Shown: piece after piece, positions 38,585-49,628 of the stretch
Numbering within the stretch: the first letter of the stretch is position 1
Layout: each line of letters begins with the position of its first letter
Assembly: GCA_902564295.1 (NCBI GenBank)
Contig: CACFAO010000001.1
Location: forward strand, 25,051-89,050
DNA: 64,000 bases
Source: an uncultured Pelagibacteraceae bacterium
Lineage (GTDB): Bacteria > Pseudomonadota > Alphaproteobacteria > Pelagibacterales > AG-422-B15
Reading direction: 5' to 3'
Made by a program: the position numbers and the translations under genes
Notes under the pieces: generated by a model
The model's input: the letters and a program-made list of their open reading frames with translations, nothing else
What the model was told of the DNA's origin: nothing
Databases searched by the model: none

Positions 38585-40032
38585 TTTTTTTCTGTTAAAA
38601 GAGAGAACTGTTTTGATATATTCCCTTTTTCACGATCAATCAAACTTGTAGGGTAATCGCCTGTAAAACAATGGTCAGTAAATTGAGGTTGATCGGGATT
38701 TCTAGAGTCATAGCCCATAGCTTGATAAGTGCCTTCTAATGATAAGAAAAATAAAGATTTAGATCCAATAGCTTTATTAATCTCTTCAATACTGTTTTTT
38801 GACGCAATAAGTTCATTATAGTCTGGTGTATCTATACCATAGAAATCTGGATGTTTTATCGGAGGACATGCTATACCCAAATGTACTTCTTTTGCACCTG
38901 CATCATAAATCATTTTAATAATTTTTTTAGCTGTAGTTCCTCTCACAATTGAGTCATCAATTAAAATAACTTTTTTATTTTTAATATACGAAACATTAGC
39001 ATTATGTTTTAGTTTTACACCAAATTGTCTAATACTTTGGGATGGCTCAATAAATGTTCTTCCAACATAGTGATTTCTAATTATACCAAGTTCAAATGGC
39101 ATGCTTGACTGCTGAGCATAGCCAAGAGCGGCTGGAACCCCCGAGTCAGGAACAGGTACAACTATATCTGCATCAACTTGATGTTCTTTTGCTAATTCTA
39201 TTCCAAGATTTTTTCTATAAGAATAAACTGTGTTTCCTCCTAACATACTGTCGGGTCGAGAAAAATAAATTCTCTCGAAAATACATGGTCTTTCTCCAAC
39301 TTTTGGGAAAGGTCTAATACTTTCCATCCCTTTTTCTGAAATTATTATTATTTCTCCATTTTCAATTTCTCTGACAAATTTTGCACCAATAATATCAAGA
39401 GCACATGTTTCTGAAGCTAGAACTGGGGCCCCATTAAGGTCACCAAGAACTAAAGGCCTTATTCCATAAGGATCTCTTACACCAATAAGTTTCTTGTTTG
39501 TAAGAATAACAAGTGAATAGGCTCCATGGATTTGAAATAAAGCATCTATAAGTTTATCAACTATTTGCTTTCTCTCAGACTGCGCTACTAATTGCAAAAT
39601 TGTTTCAGTATCAGATGTAGATTGAAAAATTGATCCACGACTAACGAGTTTTTCTCTTAAAGCTGAAGCGTTCGTGAGGTTTCCATTATGTGCACATGCG
39701 AAACCACCTGACATTAAATCAGCATATAACGGTTGAATATTTTTTAAAATTGAATCACCAGTAGTAGAATATCGAACATGGCCTATTGCATTACTACCTT
39801 GAAGCCGATTAATCACTTCTTGTTTATTAAAATGATCTCCAACAAGTCCAGGTCTTCTGACACCATGAAACTTTTCTCCATCAAATGAAACAATTCCTGC
39901 GCCTTCTTGGCCACGATGTTGAAGAGCATGCAGTCCTAAGGCTGTAAGTGTCGAAGCATCAGGGCTTCCAAATATACCAAATACGCCGCATTCTTCATGA
40001 AGTTTATCTTCTGAAGTATTAATGTATTCCAT
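38581..40032 (-). CDS. purF: Amidophosphoribosyltransferase
   Basis: The Ntn active Cys follows a short propeptide (..HEECGVFGIFG), and the PRPP-binding loop VILIDDSIVRGTT is present. Confidence 0.96.
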   Translation of the reverse strand: MEYINTSEDKLHEECGVFGIFGSPDASTLTALGLHALQHRGQEGAGIVSFDGEKFHGVRRPGLVGDHFNKQEVINRLQGSNAIGHVRYSTTGDSILKNIQPLYADLMSGGFACAHNGNLTNASALREKLVSRGSIFQSTSDTETILQLVAQSERKQIVDKLIDALFQIHGAYSLVILTNKKLIGVRDPYGIRPLVLGDLNGAPVLASETCALDIIGAKFVREIENGEIIIISEKGMESIRPFPKVGERPCIFERIYFSRPDSMLGGNTVYSYRKNLGIELAKEHQVDADIVVPVPDSGVPAALGYAQQSSMPFELGIIRNHYVGRTFIEPSQSIRQFGVKLKHNANVSYIKNKKVILIDDSIVRGTTAKKIIKMIYDAGAKEVHLGIACPPIKHPDFYGIDTPDYNELIASKNSIEEINKAIGSKSLFFLSLEGTYQAMGYDSRNPDQPQFTDHCFTGDYPTSLIDREKGNISKQFSLLTEKN

Positions 40033-40047
40033 TAATGATACGTTTGT

Positions 40048-42117
40048 TTAGATTTCAGCATCCTTTATTGATAATTTAACCTTACCTTTATCAAAACCGA
40101 TTACTTTGACTTTAACTATATCACCCTCATTAATAACGTCAGTAACTTTCTCAACTCTCTCTTCGGATAATTGTGAAATATGAACAAGCCCGTCTCTTTT
40201 TCCAAAGAAATTAACAAATGCTCCAAATTCCATGATTTTAACAACCTTACCCTCATAAACATGACCAATTTCTGGTTCTTCAATAATTGAATTTATCAAT
40301 TCAATTGCGGCTTGAATTGACTCATTATTTGTTCCAGCTATTTTCACATTACCACTGTCACTAATATCGATTCTTGCTCCAGATTTTTCAATTATATCTT
40401 TGATAGTTGCGCCACCTTTTCCAATGATTTCGCCAATATTATCTCTTTTGACTTTCATCATCTCGACTCTTGGTGTGTAAGGTCCAAGCTCAGTTCTTGG
40501 AGCATTTAATGCCTTATTCATTTCATTTAAAATATAATCTCTTCCACCTTTAGCTTGATTGAGAGCTTTTTCCATAATCTCATATGTGATACCAGTGATT
40601 TTGATATCCATCTGCAATGATGTTACACCTTCCTTGGTACCTGCTACTTTGAAATCCATGTCGCCTAAATGATCTTCATCTCCAAGAATATCTGATAAAA
40701 CAGCAAAATCATCACCTTCTTTTATTAATCCCATTGCTATGCCTGAAACAGAATTTTTTATTGGAACCCCAGCATCCATTAATGCAAGAGAAGACCCACA
40801 AACAGTCGCCATTGATGATGATCCGTTTGATTCAGTTATGTCTGATACCAATCGGATTGTATAATCAAAATCATCTTTATTCGGTAATACTGCTTTTAGG
40901 GCTCTCCAGGCCAATTTGCCATGGCCAATTTCTCTTCTACCAGCAGAACCCATTCTTCCTACTTCTCCAACGGAATATGGAGGGAAATTATAATGAAGCA
41001 TAAAATTCTCCTTATAGGAACCCTGAAGTGCCTCTATTCTTTGCTCGTCTTCACCAAATCCGAGAGTTGCAACTACAATTGCTTGCGTTTCACCTCTAGT
41101 GAATAATGATGAGCCATGTGTTCTTGGTAGCCACGAAACTTCTGATGAAATATTTCTCACTTCATCAAGCTTACGCCCATCAATTCTGGATTTATCTTTC
41201 AAAATTTGAGATCTGACTACATCCTTTTCGATTTTTTTAAAATATGACATCACTTCATTAATATTTTGATCTTCAATTTCAGTATATTTTTCTTCAATCG
41301 AAGATTTAATTTCGCTAAGAGAGTTTTGTCTTTCAATCTTATCAACAATTGAATAACTCTTTCTGATTTGGGCCTCGTATTCGCTTTTTAAATCATCAAT
41401 TAGCTTATCATTAACATTATATTCAAATTCCCAAGGATCTTTAGCGCACTCCTCGGCTAAATTAATAATTGTTTTTATGATATTCTGCATTGACTCGTGT
41501 CCAAATTTAACGGCACCTAACATGATCTCCTCAGATAATTCTTTAGCTTCGGACTCTACCATTAAGACTGCGTCTTTAGTTCCAGATACTACAAGATCTA
41601 ATTGAGTTTCTTCATTAATTTTTGGGTTGAGTATATAATTTTTTCCATCATAACCAACTCTACATCCACCAATTGGTCCCATAAATGGTATACCAGATAA
41701 AGTTAAAGCACTAGAAGCAGCTATCATTGCGACTATGTCAGGATTTGTTTCAGTGTCATGAGATAAAACAGTTAGTATAACTTGAGTCTCATTTTTAAAA
41801 CCTTCGGGAAATAAAGGTCTGATAGGCCTATCAATTAAACGTGATGTTAAAGTTTCAAATTCTGTTGGTCTTCCTTCACGTTTAAAAAAACCACCAGGGA
41901 TTTTACCAGCTGCATAAAATTTTTCTTGATAACTTACCGTGAGTGGGAAGAAATCAATGTCAGGTTTAGCAGTCTTTGCCGCTACAACATTGGCCATAAC
42001 AATTGTATCTCCATAACTAACTATGGTAGAAGCTGTTGCCTGTTTTGCTACCTTCCCTGTTTCTATTTTTAATAGTTGATCTCCCCAATTCATTTCTCTT
42101 GAAATAACTTTTGTCAT
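40048..42117 (-). CDS. pnp: Polyribonucleotide nucleotidyltransferase (PNPase)
   Basis: The 689-aa protein has two RNase PH domains (..[13 protein letters not shown]..), a KH domain ([11 protein letters not shown]) and a C-terminal S1 domain ([20 protein letters not shown]). Confidence 0.98.
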   Translation of the reverse strand: MTKVISREMNWGDQLLKIETGKVAKQATASTIVSYGDTIVMANVVAAKTAKPDIDFFPLTVSYQEKFYAAGKIPGGFFKREGRPTEFETLTSRLIDRPIRPLFPEGFKNETQVILTVLSHDTETNPDIVAMIAASSALTLSGIPFMGPIGGCRVGYDGKNYILNPKINEETQLDLVVSGTKDAVLMVESEAKELSEEIMLGAVKFGHESMQNIIKTIINLAEECAKDPWEFEYNVNDKLIDDLKSEYEAQIRKSYSIVDKIERQNSLSEIKSSIEEKYTEIEDQNINEVMSYFKKIEKDVVRSQILKDKSRIDGRKLDEVRNISSEVSWLPRTHGSSLFTRGETQAIVVATLGFGEDEQRIEALQGSYKENFMLHYNFPPYSVGEVGRMGSAGRREIGHGKLAWRALKAVLPNKDDFDYTIRLVSDITESNGSSSMATVCGSSLALMDAGVPIKNSVSGIAMGLIKEGDDFAVLSDILGDEDHLGDMDFKVAGTKEGVTSLQMDIKITGITYEIMEKALNQAKGGRDYILNEMNKALNAPRTELGPYTPRVEMMKVKRDNIGEIIGKGGATIKDIIEKSGARIDISDSGNVKIAGTNNESIQAAIELINSIIEEPEIGHVYEGKVVKIMEFGAFVNFFGKRDGLVHISQLSEERVEKVTDVINEGDIVKVKVIGFDKGKVKLSIKDAEI

Positions 42118-42154
42118 ATTTTTTCATTCCTCTAAAATTTTAATTATCTTTGAT

Positions 42155-42427
42155 TTATTTTCTAATACCGAGTTTATCTATTAGTTTCTCATAAGAATCT
42201 TTATTGCTTTTTTTTAAGTAGGCCAACAAACTTCGTCTTTGATTTATCAATCGCATAAGACCAGTCCTTGAGTGATTATCTTTTTTATGAGACTGAAAAT
42301 GCTCCGTTAGGTTTGAAATTCTTTCACTTAGTATTGCTATTTGTACTTCTGGAGATCCTGTGTCTTTCTCAGATCTCGCATATTTATCAATTATTTTAGT
42401 TTTATTTTCTCTATTTATCGACATCAC
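42155..42427 (-). CDS. rpsO: 30S ribosomal protein S15
   Basis: The 90-aa protein shows ..[30 protein letters not shown]...RR.LL.YL. Confidence 0.96.
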   Translation of the reverse strand: MMSINRENKTKIIDKYARSEKDTGSPEVQIAILSERISNLTEHFQSHKKDNHSRTGLMRLINQRRSLLAYLKKSNKDSYEKLIDKLGIRK

Positions 42428-42435
42428 AAATCCTC

Positions 42436-43308
42436 TTATAAGTTAAACACCCTTACAGGCTTTATTTTACCCTCTACAGCTTTACCTATACCAACAAACT
42501 TTTTCTCTGTTTCAATTAATAAATAATCATTTTCTGATTTTTTATTACAGTATTCAAAGCTAAGACCATTTCGAAATTTAAGGCTTAATTCTTGATCGAT
42601 TAATACTGCTGGGATGTCGTCCAGTACATCTCTTATTGAATGCATTACTTCAAAATGATCGCCAATATGTACTAATTCTTCAAATTTATCTAGTAAAATA
42701 ATATCTTTTTCTTCGATTTTTCCTATTTTTACTCTTCTTAATTTAGAGACATATGCAAGAGAACCTAACAAATTTCCTAGATCCCTTGCAATTGAACGGA
42801 CATATGTCCCTGAAGAGCATTCAAGCATAAAACTGTACTCATATCGATTTTTGGAACCTATGCATTCTAAACTTTTAATAAAAACCGTTTTTGGCAGAAT
42901 TTCAAAACTTTGTTTTTTTCTTGCAAGTTTATAAGCTCTTTTACCATTAACTTTTACAGCAGAATATTTAGGTGGTACTTGCACATGCTCGCCAATAAAT
43001 GCTTTTAGACATCTGTTTATTTGGTCTTTAGTAGGAATTTGATCAGTATATTCCATAGTTTTTCCAGTTATGTCATCAGTATCTTTTAATTCTCCAAATA
43101 CAACATTGAAATGATAAGTTTTATTTTGATTAAAATAATGAATACTTTTAGTTGCTTCCCCAATTGCAATTGCAAGTATTCCTGTTGCTAAAGGATCTAA
43201 AGTGCCTGAGTGGCCTATCTTTTTTAAATTAAGTATTTTTTTGAGTCTTCGAATAACTTGAAATGAAGTTATATTTTTTGGTTTATCAATAAATATCCAG
43301 CCATCCAT
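42436..43308 (-). CDS. truB: tRNA pseudouridine-55 synthase
   Basis: The catalytic Asp motif [14 protein letters not shown] is present, along with ..[19 protein letters not shown]. Confidence 0.95.
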   Translation of the reverse strand: MDGWIFIDKPKNITSFQVIRRLKKILNLKKIGHSGTLDPLATGILAIAIGEATKSIHYFNQNKTYHFNVVFGELKDTDDITGKTMEYTDQIPTKDQINRCLKAFIGEHVQVPPKYSAVKVNGKRAYKLARKKQSFEILPKTVFIKSLECIGSKNRYEYSFMLECSSGTYVRSIARDLGNLLGSLAYVSKLRRVKIGKIEEKDIILLDKFEELVHIGDHFEVMHSIRDVLDDIPAVLIDQELSLKFRNGLSFEYCNKKSENDYLLIETEKKFVGIGKAVEGKIKPVRVFNL

Positions 43309-43311
43309 ATA

Positions 43312-43701
43312 CTAAATTTTTTTTATATCTTTTAAAACTTTCTCTGACATTAATATTTTTTCGATTTTAGTAATTTCATTTATACTTTCATCATTTCTAA
43401 AAACTAATTTAGGAGAAAATTTCAAATCAATTAAATTAGTTACTTCGCGTGCTAGATATTGTTTACATGAATTTAGTCTTTCAAGAATTTCATTTTCATC
43501 TATATCTTCATGAGAAATAACGTAAACATAAGCAATCTTCAAATCAGAGTTCATGACAACTTTTACTACGCTTAAAGGGAAATAAAATGGTATTTTAAGA
43601 GGCAATTCATTTCTTACAAGAACTTTACCTACGGCTTTTCTAACTATTTCTGATACTTTATGTGACCTGCTTGTCTTTTCAATTTTTCTTTTTAGTATCA
43701 C
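43312..43701 (-). CDS. rbfA: Ribosome-binding factor A
   Basis: The 129-aa ORF lies between infB and truB. It has the RbfA-like pattern (R...V.E.VRKAV..VL...L....V..V.M..DLK.A.VYV). Confidence 0.85.
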   Translation of the reverse strand: MILKRKIEKTSRSHKVSEIVRKAVGKVLVRNELPLKIPFYFPLSVVKVVMNSDLKIAYVYVISHEDIDENEILERLNSCKQYLAREVTNLIDLKFSPKLVFRNDESINEITKIEKILMSEKVLKDIKKI

Positions 43702-46076
43702 AGTGATTGAGCTATTTCTTCTATACTGAATGCCTCGATAAGATCTCCAACTTCAAAGTCATTAAACTCTTTTATGCTTATACCACACTCAGTTCCGGAT
43801 TTGACTTCATTTGTATCATTTTTTTCTCTTTTAAGACTAAGTATATCTCCATCATAAATAGTTTTTTCATTTCTTGTCACTTTTACTTTTGCACTCTTAA
43901 TCACTGAACCTTCAATAACTCTGCATCCTGCTATTGCACCTATCTTTGATACTTTAAAAATTTGCAAAACCTCGGCTCTTCCAATAAAATTTTCTCTCAA
44001 TGTTGGTTTAAGTTTACCACTTGCAAAGTCGGATACGTACTCGATAAGTTCATATATAATATTGAAATTTTGAATATTTAAATTTTTAATTTTCGCCTTG
44101 GTTTTTGCTTCTTTTGTTGTGGTTGAATTAAATGAAAGTAGAAGCGCATTAGATGCAGAGGCCAATGCTACATCGCTTTCGTTTATAAACCCTACTCCTG
44201 AATGTATTACTTTTATATTAATTTTTTCACTCTTTATATTTTCTAGTTGATGAATAATTGCTTCAGACGAACCACGCGTATCCGATTTAATAACTACTTC
44301 TAAAATTTCTTTATTATTTTCTAATGAACCAAAAGTTAATTCATTGTCTAGATTTTTTATCTTTTTTGGATGTATATTATTTTTTTTAATTTGACTTCTT
44401 ATTTCACATAACTCACGAGCTTTTTCATCACTTTCGACTGTGACGAAACTATCTCCAGCTTCTGGAGGTTCATTTAATCCTAGCACTTGAACAGGCATAG
44501 ATGATACTGCTTCATTAATGTTATTACCTTTATCATTTAATATGGCTCTTACTTTACCATACTTACTGCCTGCGACCGCAACGTCCCCAACCTTTAATTT
44601 TCCGTTTGTCACAATAATGTTACATAGAGGACCTCTTCCTTTATCGACATTTGCTTCTATCACAGTGGCTTCAGCGAAAGTTTGGTTGTTTGTTTTTAAT
44701 TCTGATAATTCTGCTTGAACAACAATTGAATCTAATAATTTTTCAATATTTAGCCCTGTCTCAGCGGACACCTCAACAGCTTGAATATCTCCTGAGAGAT
44801 CTTCAACTATTAAATCTTCTGAAAGGAGTTGTTCTTTTATTTTCTGCGGATTTGACTCAGGTTTATCACATTTATTTATTGCAACGATTATTGGAACTTT
44901 CGCAGACTTTGCATGCGATATGGCTTCCTTAGTTTGTGGCATTACACCATCATCTGCTGCAACTATTAAAACAACAATGTCAGTGATATTTGCACCTCTT
45001 GCACGCATATCTGTAAACGCCGCATGACCAGGTGTATCAATAAAAGTAATATTACTTTTATTATGCTCTACTTCATAGGCTCCAATATGTTGTGTAATTC
45101 CTCCACTTTCACCAGACACCACATTTGAGTTTCTGATCTTATCAAGCAGAGAAGTTTTTCCATGATCTACATGTCCCATTATTGTTACAATTGGAGATCT
45201 AATATCATTTTTTTCCGCCTTAGCATCTTTTGAAATTAGGTCTTTTTCAATATCTTCAATATTCTCTCTCTTAAAGTTATGCCCAAATTCTGTTACTAAT
45301 AGCTCGGCAGTATCTGCATCAATTGACTCATTTATTGTAGCCATCATTCCCATCTTCATAAGTGACTTAATTAGATCACCTGACTTTTCAGTCATTCTAT
45401 TTGCTAATTCTTTAACTGTGATAATTTCTGGGATATAAACATCTCTTACTACTTTTTTTGCAGGCTCTTGATCTATCTGTGTTTTTTTAGTTTTTTGCTT
45501 AGCTCTTTTATAAGCAGCTAAACTTCTTGTTCGTTCATCTACATCACTTAATGCAGTAACAATTGTAACTTTTCTTTCTCTAATTTTTTTTCGACCAAAT
45601 GTATTTTGAGTTTTCTTTCTGTCGTCAATTTCACTTATTTTTTCAGAATTTCTTTTCTTTTCTAAGTCCCTCTTTATATCCTTCGTTTCAGATGTTAAAA
45701 TTTCTGTATCATCTATAGTGTTGGGTGTTTTGTTTGATCTTATTCTCTCTATTTCGTCTTTTTTTTCTTTTTTACTGTCTGCTTTTAAAATTCTCTTTTG
45801 CTCATCTTTTGAAAGTGGTTTAAGTAAAATTCCTGATTTATTCTTCTGGTTGTTTTTATCATTAGTATCTATTATTTGTCTCTTTTCAGTCTTAGTTTCC
45901 TGAATAGTTTGCACAGTTGACTGTGACTCTGTCTGTGGGCTTCTTTTATACCTTTTCTTCTCGACGATTACCGTTTTACCAGCTTCAATGTTTCTCTTTG
46001 GAGTAATTAAAGGCTTGCTTCCAAGCTTTAGACTCAAAGTTTTCTTTTTTTTAGTAATATCTTTATTTTCAGTCAT
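43698..46076 (-). CDS. infB: Translation initiation factor IF-2
   Basis: A Lys/Glu-rich N-terminal region is followed by the GTPase domain: G1 GHVDHGKTSLLD, DTPGH and NKCD. Confidence 0.98.
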   Translation of the reverse strand: MTENKDITKKKKTLSLKLGSKPLITPKRNIEAGKTVIVEKKRYKRSPQTESQSTVQTIQETKTEKRQIIDTNDKNNQKNKSGILLKPLSKDEQKRILKADSKKEKKDEIERIRSNKTPNTIDDTEILTSETKDIKRDLEKKRNSEKISEIDDRKKTQNTFGRKKIRERKVTIVTALSDVDERTRSLAAYKRAKQKTKKTQIDQEPAKKVVRDVYIPEIITVKELANRMTEKSGDLIKSLMKMGMMATINESIDADTAELLVTEFGHNFKRENIEDIEKDLISKDAKAEKNDIRSPIVTIMGHVDHGKTSLLDKIRNSNVVSGESGGITQHIGAYEVEHNKSNITFIDTPGHAAFTDMRARGANITDIVVLIVAADDGVMPQTKEAISHAKSAKVPIIVAINKCDKPESNPQKIKEQLLSEDLIVEDLSGDIQAVEVSAETGLNIEKLLDSIVVQAELSELKTNNQTFAEATVIEANVDKGRGPLCNIIVTNGKLKVGDVAVAGSKYGKVRAILNDKGNNINEAVSSMPVQVLGLNEPPEAGDSFVTVESDEKARELCEIRSQIKKNNIHPKKIKNLDNELTFGSLENNKEILEVVIKSDTRGSSEAIIHQLENIKSEKINIKVIHSGVGFINESDVALASASNALLLSFNSTTTKEAKTKAKIKNLNIQNFNIIYELIEYVSDFASGKLKPTLRENFIGRAEVLQIFKVSKIGAIAGCRVIEGSVIKSAKVKVTRNEKTIYDGDILSLKREKNDTNEVKSGTECGISIKEFNDFEVGDLIEAFSIEEIAQSL

Positions 46077-46097
46077 TAATAAAATTTGAGAACATGA

Positions 46098-47633
46098 CTA
46101 ATCAAGCCATACCTTTCTTGCCTCCATAATTAATTGATCACCCTCTTCTCTTGTTAGATTAAATTCTTCTAATATTCCTATTACCTTAGAGTCTTTATCT
46201 CCCTTTATCTCTAAGTAGCCTATCAAATCATCAGTAGTTAAACCGGCAAATTCATCAAGTGATTTAATATCATTTTCTGCAAGTTTTACTATCATTGCTT
46301 TTGACAATAAATCAAATTTAACAAGGTCTGAGGAAACTTTTAAACTTTCAATTTTTTTATCATTTTCAAGATCTTTATCAGATAAATATTTTTTTGCCCT
46401 ATCAATTAACTCAAGAGCAATTTCTTCGTCAAAACCTTCAATAGATAATAATTCTGATTTTTCAGTTTCAACAACTTCCTCAACGCTTCCGAAACCCTCA
46501 CTTACTAATAGTTGTGCGAGAGTTTCATCAACATCTAAAGCTGATACAAATATATTTGTTTTGTTTGAAAAATCTTCTTGCCGCTTAGATGACTCTTCAT
46601 CTTCAGTTAAGATATCAATTTCATAACCAGTTAACTCCGTAGCAAGTTTAACATTTTGACCACGACGTCCGATAGCTAAACTTAGATGTTCCTCACTTAC
46701 AACCACCTCAATTTTGTTTTGGTCCTCATCAAGAACGACTTTTAATACTTCTGCTGGTGAAAGTGATGCAATTGCCAAATTAGCCACATTGTCTGACCAA
46801 TTAATTATATCTATTTTTTCTCCTTGGAGTTCGTTGACTACGGCTTGAACTCTGCTACCTCTCATTCCAACGCATGCTCCAACTGGATCAATTGAACCAT
46901 CTTCAGTAAATACAGCAATTTTTGCCCTACTGCCTGGGTCGCGAGCAACACTTTTTATAGATATAATTCCATCATAGATTTCTGGTACCTCCTGTGTAAA
47001 TAATTTAGCCATAAATTGAGGATGGGACCTTGATAAGAATATTTGTGGTCCTTTTAGCTCAGACCGTACATCATAAATATATGCTCTTACCCTATCTCCA
47101 TTGCGCAAATTTTCTCTAGGAATGGTTTGATCTTTTCTAATAACACCCTCTGCTTTTCCAAGATCTAGTATAATATTTCCAAACTCAGTCCTTTTTACTA
47201 TGCCATTAACAATTTCTCCAACTCTATCTTTATATTCAATATATTGTCTTTCTCTTTCTGCTTCTCTAACTTTTGAATTTATTACCTGTTTTGCAGATTG
47301 GGCTGCTATTCGTCCAAAGTCTAAAGGGGGCAAAGGATCAAGAAGTTGATCACCTATCTGTGCAGCTCCATTGATTTTTTTGGCCGCCTTAAGAGTTATT
47401 TCAAGAAACTTATTTTTTACATCGTCAACTACAAGCATCTTTCTCGATATAGAAATTTCACCATTTTCTTGGTTAATCTCTACAATAACTTCGTTCTCTT
47501 CACCGTAATTACTTTTTGCAGCTTTTGCTATTGCTTCCTCTAAAGCTTCAATTACAATAGATTTGTCAATCATTTTTTCTTGAGCAACGGCCTCTGCAAT
47601 TCTTAAAATTTCGATTTTATTAGCACTTACCAT
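46098..47633 (-). CDS. nusA: Transcription termination/antitermination factor NusA
   Basis: The NusA N-terminal domain, S1 domain, two KH domains (..IGRRGQNVKLA..) and acidic C-terminal repeats are present. A GAAGGA Shine-Dalgarno sequence precedes the ATG. Confidence 0.97.
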   Translation of the reverse strand: MVSANKIEILRIAEAVAQEKMIDKSIVIEALEEAIAKAAKSNYGEENEVIVEINQENGEISISRKMLVVDDVKNKFLEITLKAAKKINGAAQIGDQLLDPLPPLDFGRIAAQSAKQVINSKVREAERERQYIEYKDRVGEIVNGIVKRTEFGNIILDLGKAEGVIRKDQTIPRENLRNGDRVRAYIYDVRSELKGPQIFLSRSHPQFMAKLFTQEVPEIYDGIISIKSVARDPGSRAKIAVFTEDGSIDPVGACVGMRGSRVQAVVNELQGEKIDIINWSDNVANLAIASLSPAEVLKVVLDEDQNKIEVVVSEEHLSLAIGRRGQNVKLATELTGYEIDILTEDEESSKRQEDFSNKTNIFVSALDVDETLAQLLVSEGFGSVEEVVETEKSELLSIEGFDEEIALELIDRAKKYLSDKDLENDKKIESLKVSSDLVKFDLLSKAMIVKLAENDIKSLDEFAGLTTDDLIGYLEIKGDKDSKVIGILEEFNLTREEGDQLIMEARKVWLD

Positions 47634-47649
47634 ATGTATCCTTCAGCGT

Positions 47650-47674
47650 AAAAAAAAAGCGGGCTTAACCCACT
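47650..47674 (-). terminator. Weak hairpin plus U-tract immediately upstream of nusA (trmB terminator and/or nusA-leader attenuator)
   Basis: The minus-strand RNA is AGUGGG-UUAAG-CCCGCU (6 bp including one G-U pair) followed by 8 U. The U-tract ends 16 nt before the nusA ATG, and the SD GAAGGA lies within those 16 nt. Confidence 0.5.
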
Positions 47675-47752
47675 TTTGTTTGAATTAGCAATATTTTCGT
47701 ATGTCTATACACCTGTAGTATTAATAAATCAAGTAAGTAAAATTTAGTTATT

Positions 47753-48457
47753 TCACAAAGTTAACAGATAGATTTTACCCCCGTTTTCTAATGCTTTTCT
47801 TTGATATTTTGAGATTCCATATAATTCATCGTTTTTATTAAGTATTGATGAACTAAATGCCCCGAAACTATCTTTATATTCATTTAAGAGACTTATAGTG
47901 TCTCTCAGATAATCTGGAGAATCAGTAGTCATATATATTGAATTTTTTGATTTTGTTACTTTGTTTAAAAGACTTAATATTTCGTAAGACATTAATCTTC
48001 TTTTATGATGTCTTTTCTTTACCCAGGGATCGGGGTTAATGACAAAAATTTTATCAATGGATTTATGTGGCATTGCTTCTAAAAAATAAAAACTATTTAA
48101 ATTGCTTAAAATTATATTTTTTAATCCAAAATCTAAAATTGACTCAAGAACTTTTGCAATACCATTTAAATAAACTTCGACACCTATAAATAATTCATTT
48201 GGTCTAGAAATTGCATTTTTAATCAAAAACTCACCATTTCCAAAACCAATTTCAATATTGGTTATGTCATAACGATCAGGTATATCTATTTTTCTATTTA
48301 TTTTATCGTTGTTGAGACATTCGATAACATCCTGATCGAAAGAAAAATCATTATAAAACTTATCTATCAATTTTTTTTTAGGTAAGGAAATTTTTTTGGA
48401 TATTTTTCTTCCTTGAAAAGAATAATACTTAGGATATTTGTTTTTCAATAAAAACAA
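47753..48457 (-). CDS. trmB: tRNA (guanine-N7)-methyltransferase
   Basis: The SAM-binding block IEIGFGNGEF and the ..INPDPW.KKRHHKRRL.. block typical of TrmB are present. Confidence 0.88.
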   Translation of the reverse strand: MFLLKNKYPKYYSFQGRKISKKISLPKKKLIDKFYNDFSFDQDVIECLNNDKINRKIDIPDRYDITNIEIGFGNGEFLIKNAISRPNELFIGVEVYLNGIAKVLESILDFGLKNIILSNLNSFYFLEAMPHKSIDKIFVINPDPWVKKRHHKRRLMSYEILSLLNKVTKSKNSIYMTTDSPDYLRDTISLLNEYKDSFGAFSSSILNKNDELYGISKYQRKALENGGKIYLLTL

Positions 48458-48465
48458 GAACTTTT

Positions 48466-49623
48466 CTAAAGTTTTTTTGCTAGGTCAATGTTTTCCCAAG
48501 AAAAAGATCCATCACTTTCCGCTTCTCTTCCAAAATGACCATATGCTGCACTCTTTTTATAAATCGGTTTATGTAAATTAAGATGATCCCTAATACCTCT
48601 AGGAGTAAGATCAATGTTGGATATAATTTTTTTAATGAGATCTTCATCTGACATCTGAGAAGTTCCATGTGTGTCTACATAGATTGAGAGCGGATCTGAG
48701 ACGCCAATTGCATACGCAAGTTGAAGAGTGCATTTATCTGCAATCCCAGACGCAACAACATTTTTAGCAATATATCTTGTTATATATGCTGCTGATCTAT
48801 CAACCTTAGTAGGATCTTTTCCTGAAAATGCGCCTCCACCATGTGGGGCCGCCCCACCGTAAGTATCAACTATTATTTTTCTTCCTGTCAATCCCGTATC
48901 TCCATCAGGACCACCTATTACAAACTTTCCAGTAGGATTAATTAATATTTCAGTTTCATTACTAACCCACTCTTCAGGCATAATACTTTTTATTATCGGA
49001 ATAATAATTTCACTCACTCCTCGTTGATCAAGATTTTCATCATGCTGTGTAGAAACTACTATTTTAGTACATTTCTCTGGTGAGCCATTATTATATTGAA
49101 GCGTAACTTGACTTTTAGAGTCTGGTTGTATTCCTGGTGTTTCGCCTTTCTTTCTTTTAAATGCCATTTCTTCTAAAATTTTATGTGAGTAATATATTGG
49201 TGCAGGCATTAATGACGGTGTTTCTTTGCAAGCATAGCCAAACATGATTCCTTGATCACCCGCACCTTGATCTTTATTTCCTGATGCATCAACCCCCATA
49301 GCTATATCAGCTGATTGACTATGCACACCTGAACAGTCAAAAGAGAACTTTTCCCAGTGAAAACCTTCTTGTTCATATCCAATCTCTTTCACTGCATTTC
49401 TTGCAAGCGTCTCGTAATCACACTTATAATTTTCTGGACCTCTTACTTCTCCAGCCATCACTACTTTATTTGTTGTTACTAACGTTTCCATTGCTACCCT
49501 AGAATTTTCAGGATTTTCCTGAGAGAGAAAATCATCAACTACAGTATCTGAAATTATATCACATACCTTATCCGGGTGACCTTCTGAAACTGACTCACTT
49601 GTAAAAAGATACTTGTTACTCAT
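48466..49623 (-). CDS. metK: S-adenosylmethionine synthetase
   Basis: [28 protein letters not shown] and [19 protein letters not shown] are present. Confidence 0.98.
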   Translation of the reverse strand: MSNKYLFTSESVSEGHPDKVCDIISDTVVDDFLSQENPENSRVAMETLVTTNKVVMAGEVRGPENYKCDYETLARNAVKEIGYEQEGFHWEKFSFDCSGVHSQSADIAMGVDASGNKDQGAGDQGIMFGYACKETPSLMPAPIYYSHKILEEMAFKRKKGETPGIQPDSKSQVTLQYNNGSPEKCTKIVVSTQHDENLDQRGVSEIIIPIIKSIMPEEWVSNETEILINPTGKFVIGGPDGDTGLTGRKIIVDTYGGAAPHGGGAFSGKDPTKVDRSAAYITRYIAKNVVASGIADKCTLQLAYAIGVSDPLSIYVDTHGTSQMSDEDLIKKIISNIDLTPRGIRDHLNLHKPIYKKSAAYGHFGREAESDGSFSWENIDLAKKL

Positions 49624-49628
49624 ACGTT

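Noticed and set aside
42118-42154. The rpsO-pnp spacer considered as an RNase III-processed autoregulatory hairpin, as in E. coli pnp.
   Set aside because: It is only 37 nt, AT-rich and has no convincing stem. Only an SD (GAGGAA) is visible.
49624-49628. I looked for SAM/SAH riboswitch leaders upstream of metK (and of ahcY at 4794-4844).
   Set aside because: The upstream gaps are only 5 nt and 51 nt, are AT-rich and lack paired G/C segments. There is no room for a riboswitch aptamer.
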